Shown here piece after piece: positions 40,501-51,900 of a stretch of DNA of 64,000 nt; the first letter of the stretch is position 1; each line of letters begins with the position of its first letter. A program made the position numbers and the translations under genes. The notes beneath the pieces were generated by a model. That model was not told the origin of the DNA. It saw nothing but the letters and a program-made list of their open reading frames with translations, and ran no database searches. The DNA is from Paragordius varius (taxonomy: Eukaryota; Animalia; Nematomorpha), in contig OZ176056.1 in assembly GCA_964247055.1 (NCBI GenBank), positions 868,001 through 932,000 of the forward strand. The letters run 5' to 3'.

Positions 40501-43059
40501 CATACGGACGAATATACACATAGACAACCATCTGATTAAACAAAAAGTGTGTCTAAACTTTAACTTAAAAAACCCGTTTATAATACTTACTTCATAGATT
40601 GATTAGCCATGGAGGGACCCATTCCCGCCCCACCACTCATTGCTGACATCATGAGGGTCAAAAGTTGTTGAGTCGCTGCCTGGTTTCCGCCTCCAACGGC
40701 TGCTGCTAACTGTGATAAACCGCTCAACGGGTTCATCATACTAGGCGGACCCGCGGCACCCTTTGAAGTCATGTAACCTGAAAGAGGTGGGGGTGGACCT
40801 CCTCTACCTCCTCCTCCCCCATTCATCCTCTTAAAGCTGTCATCGAAGCCACCGCGAAAACCTGCTCCATTTCTGAAGAGTGTAGATTTGTATAGAAAAA
40901 AGAAAATTAATTAAATTATTTAATAATTTAAAAATTAAAAAATTCTGAGAATAAACACTACATTTTTTTATCTCTATAAATGTCAATGCATAAAAAAGCC
41001 TGTGAACACAACAGCATTATAATAAAACGTGGTTAATTGAATGATTATTAACGTTTTTCTTTGCTAACCTTAAAAAGTTCCAAAAACATAATACATACTT
41101 GTACTTTATTCATTGAAAAACAAAATCCCTTTCTCCAACTGTTTTATACATTTACACAAGCTAATAATATTCAACTAACTCAATCTCACTTGATAAACTA
41201 TATTATATGATATATGTAGTATAAATGATACTGACCGATCAATATCGAAATCAGGTGAGTTTCGCCTTCCAAAAGATCGATTCCCTCCACCTCGGAATGG
41301 TGGTGAACGTGATCGTCTGCCTCGACCTCGACTACGTGACCGTGATCGTCTGCCGCGTCCGCCTCTATCTCTATCTCGGCCTCGATTTGGGAAATCATCC
41401 TCGTCGTCTCGACGTTTCATGGCATAATCTAATCTCACAGCTCGACCATTAATCACCTAAAATACATGTGTGAGTATGTACGCGTTTCAAGAGGTTTTAT
41501 TTTAATATTTATAATGACTTTAGGGTAAATTATAAAGATTGCAACAATTTAAAAGAACACATGCAATCAATCCTATAAAATACTAAGGTCAACGTTGTAA
41601 CTAAGGGGATGGTGGCGCTATCTAAATTAAGTAAAAAATTGATTAAAACCTAAGTGATGATACGACAGATCAATGCATGGGAAAAATTATGACGAAAAAT
41701 CACATAGCAGAAAAAACTTAAAATGAAATAGAATTTGTTTTGACATGATTCAACCGTAAACGGAATATATTAGCCATCTAACAAAATCAGTATCAATGCT
41801 GTATAAAACAGTCGTATCAAAATTACCAAGATGTATAAATTAGACATATACCGAAAACTCAAAATAAAAATTTTAATTACCATAATTTTCCCAACCGCAA
41901 TCTATAGCTGTGATAGCTGGGTTTGCAAAAGCTCTGACCAAATATACAAGCTTTTAAGCAAAACTGCTGGAGAATGCTACTTAGTAAAAAATAGACGGAC
42001 AAACTCACTAATGAATAGATCCGCAATTCAACCCTAAGACTACATTACTTGAAATGATCAAAAAGGAGATTAGGCTACTCTGGCCAAGTAATCCGCAACA
42101 AAATGGAGAAAACAATTATGCTGGGCCTAGTAGAAAAAGAGGTAGACCCAGAAAAGATGGTCAAAACAATTACCAGTTGACATCCACTCACAATCAGCAA
42201 ACTGATCAAATTATCCTAAGATAAATCTGTTCCAGAAAGTTTGTTTATGAAGTCCAGCAAAAAGTTAAATAATTACATCCACGTAAAATAACTGTTCCGG
42301 TGCTTAAGCTTAAAATTCTAACCAATGATTGCTTGATCTAGATCCCAAAAGAAATCTAAGATATTCTCATGGTTCTGTAAACAAAAGCGCATGTTTTCTA
42401 ATTAAAATTATTCAATATAATCTCCAGCCAAAATCTGTATTTAATACATGGGGCAATAAAACCTCTAAATAAAATTGGAGAAGTGTCTTCAAAAGATACA
42501 ATGAGCAATTTTGTTACACACGATCATATCCATAAAAAATATATTTACATCGCAAGAAATGGGGCAAAGTTTCTATAAAAAAGCTTTATCCTGGTTTCTG
42601 GCGAATAAATTTATATTTAAGTAGCAGGAAAAAAGTTTTTTAGGGTTAAGGTTATGTAGAAATAATTTAAAATAAATTATAAGGTTTATTAGTCTTCAAT
42701 ACTATTATAATAGAATCAGCAAAAATTTCTTATGAGTTTTAAATATTTGAAGAATGTATTAATTATATAAATTTTTGTTAAAAAAATTTATTATAATTAT
42801 AGATAAATTATTGATAAAAAAAACCTGTCCATTATGGTTTTTAACGGCATTTTCTGCATCAACAGGATCTTCAAATGTTATAAACCCAAAACCACGTGAG
42901 TTGCCCGTTTCCCTACTTAACATAACTTCGGCTAAAAATAATTATATATTTCAAACCATCTTTGAGCTTTCCGTATTTGGAAAATACATCTTTTAAATCA
43001 GCATCAGTAACTGTGCGTTCTAAATTTCCAACAAAGAGACGTCCTGGAACTTTGGCCAT
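37552..43059 (-). CDS. RNA-binding protein: N-terminal RRM (CIRBP/RBMX/Tra2-like), RS domain, long Gly/Met/Asn/Pro low-complexity tail, about 507 aa
   Basis: Exons 43059-42957, 42931-42825, 41456-41236, 40872-40591, 40059-39689, 38265-37981 (donor ambiguous by a few nt), 37788-37708, 37625-37552; phases consistent. RNP2 LFVGNL, RNP1 RGFGFITF, RSRSRSRGRGRRSRSP. The last two exons are inferred from splice signals and frame only. Confidence 0.85.
41760..42200 (+). mobile_element. Degraded RTE LINE 3' fragment inside RNA-binding gene intron 2
   Basis: Fragments KLKIKILITIIFPTAIYSCDSW, RRLGYSGQVIR, EKTIMLGLVE, KRGRPRKRW match RTE C-terminal motifs; frameshifted. Confidence 0.7.
42932..42956 (-). 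other. 25-nt GT-AG intron
   Basis: GTTTGAAATATATAATTATTTTTAG; removal restores KYGKLKD-AEVMLSRETGNSRGFGFITFE of the RRM. Confidence 0.88.
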
Positions 43060-44169
43060 TTTAAATGATAATGAATGAATGAATAAAAAATTAATTAGTA
43101 CAAATTTATGCTTATAATAATGTGACCAGATATTTTGAACTTTGACGCAGTACAATTTAAAACATACTTTGACTGTTTTTACACCATCGTGGTATATTAC
43201 ACAGTGATAAAATACTTTTTGTTTTAACCTTTACAAGTTAATAAAGAAAGTTATTTACACTTTTGTGGTAGGTGTCCGTATAAAATTGCAAAAGGTGCGT
43301 AACTTTTTCAAATATATTTTTTTGGTGAAATCTAAATGCTTTATTTTAAAGTACTAAAATAGAACATAAATAACATAAAAAAGTAAAACAATATTTTTCA
43401 TTTTTAGATGTGGGCTTTAAAAGTCCCAAATTTTTTGTCTCTTTTAAACTGTTCTCTTAAAATAAAAGCAAAAATCCCGAGATTGTGCATTAATTTTAAA
43501 TATATGCTAAATTTTAGTAATGACCAAATATATTTATTAAAAATTTTTAGAAAAATTTTGTTGAAGACTTTATATTATTTTGTGCATGATGGAAACGATA
43601 TAAACGGTTGAGATGTTATAACATCTATATATTTATAAAAATGGAAAATGCTGGCTTTGAGATCTGGTACAGTAAAACCGGTAGACCCATTCAAATCCAA
43701 TCTTCGAAAAAATATAATCATTAATGAATATCCCGACAATAGCTTCGCCCTTTTTTGAAATAGGCCCCCAGTTCGGGCCCACCCCGTGTGAAAAACGTGT
43801 TTTTTTTGAAAACAGAAGTCCACAAAAATTGTGTCTTTGAGACAATTTTCTGGAGAACGTGATGGTTCATTTATTTCAAATATGATTTTTGTTTACTTAT
43901 TTTTGATTGCATCAAACATAGTCGAGTCATTTTTTTGATTTAGGCCCTCTTTTTACCCGCTCCCCCCGTAAAATGCCATTTTTTTCAAAAAACAAAGTCC
44001 ACAAATATAATTTTTAAATCTATTTTTCGCCCTAGGTATGAGACCGTAAAAATTCAATATGGATTCCACGTATTCCCTGTTGAAAGGCAAAAATTTTAGT
44101 CAAGCGTTTCTTTGATGATAACTGCTATGTTCAATATCATAGAATTATTTAGAAGGGAATTATTATATC

Positions 44170-44325
44170 CAGTGGCGTACCTAGCATTTGCGGCGCCCAG
44201 GGCATGAAACTCTTATGGCGCCCCCTCCCTCCTCTTTTTGAAAGCCAAAAAAACAATTTGATAAAAAAACTACTGCAACCCAACATTATAGATAAGACAG
44301 CACAGTCATATAAATTTTAATCTAT

Positions 44326-44357
<32 letters not shown>

Positions 44358-45327
44358 TTTAAAAAGGCGACATCATTAAACTATAAGCGCTTGGAATTAA
44401 TAATGGTATATTTGTAGTTTTCTCATCCCTATTTATTGGATCAATAACAAGGGTTCAGGATTATTTAAGTTTTTATTATTTAAGCGTACTATTTATACAC
44501 TTGTTATGGTCAGATATTTTAATAAAATAAGATTTTATACTCATTCGCATTTTGTTTTATTCTCTTCCTGGATTTTTTGTATCCTATTTGCACCGCTGAG
44601 TTTATATTGATATCTTATGAAAATGAAAGTAACTATAAAAAATACATGGCTATGTTAATAATAAAAACCTACCTTGTTATAATTGGAATGATCTTGGAAA
44701 ATAAATAAAATTGAATTTAAAAATCGAATATGATTACGGTCATGTATCCTTTATTTTATCAAAAATTTATTTTTCCGGTTAAATTGGTTTAAATATTTGG
44801 TAAAGAATGGAAAAAAACAAGAGCTCTATGGTAATTCCAATACTTTTTTGTTGAATATGATAATCTTAATACCATAGAACTCTTGTTTTTTCCATTCTTT
44901 AACAAATATTTATACCCATTTAAAACAAAATAAATTTCTGATTTAATAAAGGATACATGACTGTAAAATAAATGCAATTATAAATTACAAGAATTAATGG
45001 TAAGGTGTGAACAGAGAGACAAGTTAAAATAATTTAAGAGGCAATAAAATAATTAAAAATATATGCTTGATAAAGGAACATTTTTAAGCGAAAAAATAAG
45101 TGTGCATATCTTGAAGGGAATACCTACATGAAATTGTTTTTTGCATATTGCTCTTGATCTCATTTATATAATTTTTATATTATTTTAGGTATATAAGGTG
45201 GATTTTTGTATTATCTTACTATTATTTTTGCGTAATTTAAATTTGATTAAAAAATCATTTAGGCGCCCCTAAATAACGGCGCCCGAGGGATGATGCACCC
45301 CTTTGACCCCCGGGAGGTACGCCAAAG
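44170..45327. mobile_element. hAT-type non-autonomous element with nested foldback MITE
   Basis: CAGTGGCGTACC ... GGTACGCCAAAG termini with an exact 8-bp TSD ATTATATC (44162-44169 and 45328-45335); a family C foldback is inserted at about 44737-44963. Confidence 0.85.
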
Positions 45328-48284
45328 ATTATATCTTGAAGCGTTAGACCGTTTTCATCATTCAAAATTGTTAGAAGTACTCTTGGACATAATATCTCAA
45401 ATTAGTTTATGCAAAAAATAAGAAAACTAATAAAGATTAAAGTTTAGGAAAAAAATTAAGCATTATCATACCTCCCACCTAATGAGTATAGGAAACGTAA
45501 AAACTCTTAATTTTTTTAAAAAAGGTTATATCGAAATCATATGCCATGTATAAAATTTTGTTTAATTGTTACGGGAATAACAATTTTTACATAATTTTCC
45601 ATTAATTTTGTTAATTTTTAAGGCACCTCTTTTTGCGGGATCCCTGAGTGAAAGAACTATTAGTCTGAATCTTACGGTGGCGTCCGAGATTTTTATTTTG
45701 ACTGCACGAAAGGCTGCAATAATAACCGATCCAAAATCTAATTTTAAGTATAATTTGAGGAGAAAATAGAATAATAACGAATTAATGATAGGCCAACCTT
45801 AGTTTTTTACCGCAAAATAAACCATTTCTTTACAAAGTATGGGTTAATTTTTACAGAGGGTACTATATCAAATTCTAAAATAATTTTTTGAATTAATAAA
45901 AGGTAATTAATAAATATTCATAAATAATTATTTTTTTTTAATTTCATAAAGCAGTACAAAAAGGGGCGCAGTACCTTCGCAGGATTTTTCTAAAAATTCA
46001 GTACTGTACTGCGAAAAACAGCCTATCTGGTAATATTAGCTTATAAGGCAGTAATTTCTATTCATATATAGTAAAAAATTCACAAACTTTTTTCAACAAA
46101 AATGGCTGCTGAAGCATTTTTAACTCTAAAATTTAGAAATGTTTTTTGAATGAAAAGCATGTAGCTTTCAACAAAAAACAATTAATAAAATGTGCGGAAT
46201 TCAAAAAATTTCTGAATCGAGTAGATGCCCTAAATGGGTATATAACACTTTCTTTACATTTCGATTGATAATGGGGAAACCAAATTTAAAATGATATTAT
46301 TAAAAAGGCTATTTTTCGTAATATTAAAAAATAGGCAATTTATTTAAATTGTAGTTTTAAAAAAAGTATATCACACCATTTCAAATTCAATATTATATTA
46401 CAATATTTTTACAAAATATCGTGGGGGTTATAGAAGAATTGTTAGCTTTGAAACACGATTTTGGAAAATTTGTAGGCACTGTCAGTTTTAATAAAGATTT
46501 TTTCTATCACAATTGCGCAAAGTGAGCACTTCTTTTAAATTATTGCTTCAATTTAGCCCCACTTAGTATAATATAGACGTTGAAGAATTTTTTGAATACC
46601 GTGTAGTCCGTGTACTTTTCTTGTTTTTTTGCCCCGAGTATGACAAAGCTATTTTTTAGAAATTGCCCAAATTGGCTTTATCTAAAAATATTGGTTTTTC
46701 GCACTTTCCCGAAAATGGTGTAGGCGCAGTCAGTTTCAATAGCGCAATTTTTATAATGTTTACAAATGCGCAGTCATTCATGTAAAAATAGCATATTTAT
46801 TGTTGGCCTTGAAATATGTTTCCAAAAAATATGTGCGAAAGGTATTAAGCGGAATTAAAAATGCTTTCTTTAGCCTTTTAGGCGCATTATACAAAATTTT
46901 TTCTAAAAAAGTAAAAAAATCGTTATCTCAACTTTTTTGCTGCATTTTTTGATATAAATTTGTTTAGATATCTAATGCAACAGGCAAATTAATGTATCTT
47001 ATGGTTAGAAAATGTATATAATTATCTTTAAAAATATTTCAGGCTATATTTAACCAGCAATAACTTGATACATATGATTTTAATTATCAAGTGTTCGTTT
47101 CAATCGTGTTTTGGGGTCCAAATTTTAGACAGAAGTCACAAAACTGTTAAAAAATTTCTTAACTAACACAGGAGAACAATGTTTGATTAATAATTTTTAA
47201 ATAAATAATTTGTAAAACAGGGGTTTATTTACAAAATCGAGCTCTAGGATATATATTGATCCCAAAAGGTAAAAGGAAATTATGTGTTAAATGCAATTCA
47301 TAATATTGATAAACACTATTTCGAAGGGGGATAGTTATTCAATCTAAAATTATTACCGTAGAACCAGAGCCCATTTTGTATCGAAACAAAAATTTTTAAT
47401 TTTTTAATGATTAGGGTTGTGCATTCGACTGCTTTTTTAAAAAAGTCCGGTCAGACCATGGTCATAACCACTTTTTAATTATGCGATATTGGATTGTGAA
47501 AATAAGGTTCGAACGACACTTGCGTTTCACTAATAATGAATGTTTTTTTCTTAAAAATTTGTATTATACATTTTTTATATTTAATATTTATAAACATTTT
47601 CAATCAAATTTAATAAAGAATTTTGTTTTCAAACAAATTTTGCCACATGTTTGTGGCCTTCCCAATCTCCAAATACCCAGCTTTTTATATTGGATTATTT
47701 AAATAAAATTTTACCTAGTTTGTTTTACACTTTCTTTCATCATTGAAATATCCAATTATAAAATGTTTTTTCATTTTATTAGTTTATATGAAATAATTGA
47801 TTATTTTACCAAAAGCTTGATTGTTTTCTTTTCGAAATAACTGGATATGCTTAAATGCTAATATTATAAGGATGCATGATTAACAAATTTTTATTGTTAA
47901 ATAAGTAAATTTAAATATTTAATTTATATTCTTTTATATATATTAAAAAAAATCTTACTATTTCTCTTCCAAAAAATTTACCAGCGATTTTTCAAAAACA
48001 GCTGTATTTCAAATGACCAGGTTAAAAAATAAATACTCACTGACCTTCACCCTAATGATACTAAAAAAATTTGTTAATCTTTGTTTCAGCGAAATGAAGT
48101 GTATTTTTAGTTGCAAAGGACCCTAACAAAAATGAAAAACTATAAATCTCGTATGAAACCATTATTTTAAATGAAATAATCACGAATATATTTCCCAAAA
48201 AAAGCAAATATATAAAATATTTTTCACGCGATTCAAAACACATTTAATATAATAAAATAAAATTTATTTGTAGATGATCACAAG

Positions 48285-48855
48285 TTAAATTCCAAACCAA
48301 GGTGGTATATTGGGTTTATTTTGTAATTTAGATTCATAAACATTCTCAATTTTTTTTAATTCTTCATTCATCTCTTTCGCCCCTTCTTTCTCTGCTTCTG
48401 GTGTTTCGGATTTTGCAAGGTTTGGAAAATTAAAAGTTTGATTATTTGACTATAATATAATTGGTAAAACTAGTACCAAAGTCACCAAAGCAAATTTTAT
48501 GTCAGGTTTCCTAAACTTAAAACCATTATATGCTCTATCGATTCCGCCTGTGATAAAATAATTTACAACTAAACCGTATTTGATATAGGTTTTGACATTT
48601 TCAACGGGCACATTATAAATTTGTTCCAAGTAATTTTTAATGTCAAATTTTGTCATACTATAATAAATATATATATTTACTCTAAATGAACTTGAAACCG
48701 TACCATGTTAGGTGGTTGGTGACGACTTAAACTGGAATATATGAGTTTCATCCAAAAATTTGGTAAAAATTCATATTTTTGCGAATCACCTCGTAGAAAT
48801 ATGCCTGCGCTAAAGTTGATTTTTACAAAACTAAAAAATACTATCGAGTCGACAT
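48285..48855 (-). CDS. MRPL23: Mitochondrial ribosomal protein L23 (uL23m), 153 aa, four tiny introns
   Basis: Exons 48855-48842, 48809-48681, 48657-48575, 48547-48477, 48449-48285 total 462 nt. Protein MSTRYAGIFLRGDSQKYEFLPNFWMKL...QPPNMVRFQVHLDMTKFDIKNYLEQIYNVPV...KPDIKFALVTL...FNFPNL...PPWFGI matches the uL23m pattern (FLPNFWMKL, KNYLEKIYNVPV, KPDYK, PxWF). Confidence 0.92.
48450..48476 (-). other. 27-nt GT-AG intron (MRPL23 intron 4)
   Basis: GTACTAGTTTTACCAATTATATTATAG; its terminal TAG is an in-frame stop, so it must be removed. Confidence 0.85.
48548..48574 (-). other. 27-nt GT-AG intron (MRPL23 intron 3)
   Basis: GTTTAGTTGTAAATTATTTTATCACAG; 3n and stop-free, so retention would insert 9 aa; removal gives IKYGGIDR with family-typical spacing to KPD. 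Confidence 0.7.
48658..48680 (-). other. 23-nt GT-AG intron (MRPL23 intron 2)
   Basis: GTAAATATATATATTTATTATAG; removal joins QVHLD-MTKFDIKNYLE in frame. Confidence 0.88.
48810..48841 (-). other. 32-nt GT-AG intron (MRPL23 intron 1)
   Basis: GTATTTTTTAGTTTTGTAAAAATCAACTTTAG; removal gives N-terminus MSTRY-AGIFLRG, similar to insect MSTRWYP. Confidence 0.8.
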
Positions 48856-48923
48856 GGTCCACACATGTGTTTTTATCTTTGAACAAATATATTTGATAAT
48901 CTGCAACGTGAGAAATTATTAAT
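48856..48923. promoter_or_regulatory. 68-nt spacer between divergent MRPL23 and COPB1 start codons (candidate bidirectional promoter / overlapping 5' UTRs)
   Basis: MRPL23 ATG at 48855-48853 (minus) and COPB1 ATG at 48924-48926 (plus). Confidence 0.6.
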
Positions 48924-51900
48924 ATGACTGTCGAAGTTAATGAGCCTTGTTTTGTTTTAGTTAACAATCCGGATATTGAACCACCTAAAGATACTCAAAT
49001 AAAACAGGATATAGGTATAATTTGGCAATTTACATTGTTAAGAAAATGGAAATTTAAAAGCTAAAACGGAAGCACTTAAAAAACTTATGTTTAGCCTACT
49101 AAATGGTGAAAAGCTACCGTCTGCAATGCTGATCCTAGTTATACGGTATCTTTTACCCCTACAAGATCATCAAATTAAAAAATTATTACTCTTGTTTTGG
49201 GAAATTGTCCCCAAACGAAATGCGTTGGGTAAGTTACTGCCTGAGATGATACTTGTTTGTGACGCTTATAGAAAGGTAGTTTTTTTCATTATATCTAAAT
49301 ATTTTAAATTTATGGTTTTTTTTAAAAATTTGAAATATACGGATTCGATATAAAAAACTCATTTTCCATAACTACAAAATTATACTTTTATATTTATAAG
49401 TTCCGTATGAATGCAAAGCATGGATTATTACATAACTTATTTTAAATATTACCGTATTTATTTTAACTATAGCTTAGATGTCCATATTTAACTTTATATA
49501 TCTCTTTTATTACCTTTTATGCAAACATATTATTTAAAATGCCTTTATACCTTTACCTAACTACTTTGTCCATTTTTTTACCAAATAACTTTACCAAATA
49601 TATTTTTCATATTAAAAACCTTTTTTAATTTAAAAAAAAGAAATATTACATTTTTATTTCGATTTCTATATTTTTCACTTCAAAACAGGATCTCCAACAC
49701 CCGAATGAATTTGTGCGCGGTTCAACTTTGCGATTTTTGTGTAAACTCAAAGAACCGGAATTGTTGGAACCTTTGATGCCTTCTATCAGAGCTTGTTTGG
49801 ATCATAAACATTCTTACGTTAGGCGCAATGCTATTTTAGCCATTTACACTATTTATAAGTAATTGTCAAATGTGCCCAAATTTAGTTTTTTCAGAAAATG
49901 AATTTTTTAATAAAATTTAAATTTGAAATATTTATTATATAGATTCGGCTATTTATATTTCTATGGATTTGTAAAAAATGAATGAAAAGATAATCAATAG
50001 TGTATAAAATAGAAAGTTTTTTGATAAAAAGTATCAATTTATAAAATATTCTCAATTTTTTGAAAAATTAAAAAAAAATGTATATAAGATTGTTTTCTAT
50101 GGGGTTAGTCTTTAATTGAAACATTTTAGATTAATGGGTTTGTATATGTAAAAAATTAAGGATTTTAGAATTTATAATTTTAAAAAAATATTGATACTAT
50201 TTATCAAATTACCATATTATATTAAAATTATATACATTTTATTTTTTAAGTTTTTTTTTGTAAAAACTGGAAATATTTTTTTTTACCCATTAGAAATTTT
50301 GAATTTTTAATCCCTGATGGTCCTGAACTAATTGCCAATTTCCTGGAACACGAACAGGACGCCTCCTGTAAAAGAAACGCTTTTATGATGTTAATGTATG
50401 CCGATCAGGTGATTTATTTTTCAAAAACTTTTTTAAATTTTTTTTGGTTTTTCATTTGAAATAATTATAAAATAGGTAAAAACGAAGTTTTAAATTAACC
50501 GTAATTTTTTATTTCAAATTTTGTAAAAGTTTGTTTTTTTAACCATTTACAGTTCAAATTTACCTTCAATCTATTCAAATTCACCCTAAAAATAATTTAT
50601 ATGTTTTCGAACTTATAAAATTATTAATATGTAATATGTCTTTATGGCATAGTTTATTAATTTTACAGTATTATCTTAATATTAAACAAAAATTTTATTT
50701 TTTAAAAATATATAAAAAATATACATCAATTTAAGTCTTAAAAAACATATAATTTATTTGAGGTGAATTTAAATTCAAGGGTGAATTTAGTTTGTTTAAG
50801 GGTGTATTTGAATTGTTAATGGTATATTAAATCCGTAATTTTGTGAAAGTTTTATTTTATGAAACTAAAAGACATATTTTTTAAAGTAAAAACTTTACTT
50901 TCTAAACCATATATATTATATAAAGTATATGATAATATATATAATTGATTGTATTATCGTTTACTTACTTTTTTTTATAACATCATTCAAAACAATAGGT
51001 ATTATTGAAAAAATGAAGGTTTTAAAAGTATTATGTCATTATTTTTTTAATTTTTTCTTTTTATATAACCCATTTGATATTTAGAACTAGAAATATTTAA
51101 AATGGTATATTATATAACTTTATTTTTAAAACAAACCTTTGATAACACTGTTCTTAAGTTTAAATTTTTTATTTTATATCTTTACTATTTTTTGTTTGTG
51201 GGTAGGAAAAAGCCCTGAATTATCTGCATAGCTGTATCGATCAAGTACAAAACTTTAATGAAATCCTACAATTGGTTATTGTTGAGTTGATTTATAAAGT
51301 AATTTTTTTATACAATTTTATTTTTTTAATTTTAAGATATTTTTTTTGTAAAAAAATATATAACTTATAAAAGTAGGATTTTATTAAGAGAAATCTATTT
51401 ATATTATTAACCAGTGATATTAAACGTTTTTTTTAAAAGTTTCATATATAATATATAAATGACTTAATTTTTGACAAAAACCTTTTTAATTGCTTTCTGA
51501 AATCGGAAATATTTATAATAAATTTTATTAAGAGGTTTTAAATTGTTTTAGCATGCGCGTACAAGTTAACACAAAATGTACTTGTTCTATGTTTACATAT
51601 CATTTATTTTAATATTTATCAAAACCGTTTTTTGTTCACAATTTGAAAAATACCATTCTTGTATTCAAATAACTCTATTTAGAATTTTTTTATAAATCAA
51701 TTTTTTTAAAGTTTTGCCACATATATCTGAGCGAGTATCCCGCTTTATTCGGTGCATTTGCGAGTTTCAAATTTTAGAATTTTTTTAAGTTTTCAAAACG
51801 ATTTTTTAGATTATTTTTTGTAAATTTTTCAAAACAATTTCAAATTTTTTTTTAATAATAAAGATTTTTTATCAATCAGTTTTTTAAGGTATGCCACAAA

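Noticed and set aside
43408-43845. Cluster of 67-82 aa ORFs upstream of the RNA-binding gene
   Set aside because: No recognisable motifs, AT-biased composition; probably part of an unclassified DNA-transposon relic.
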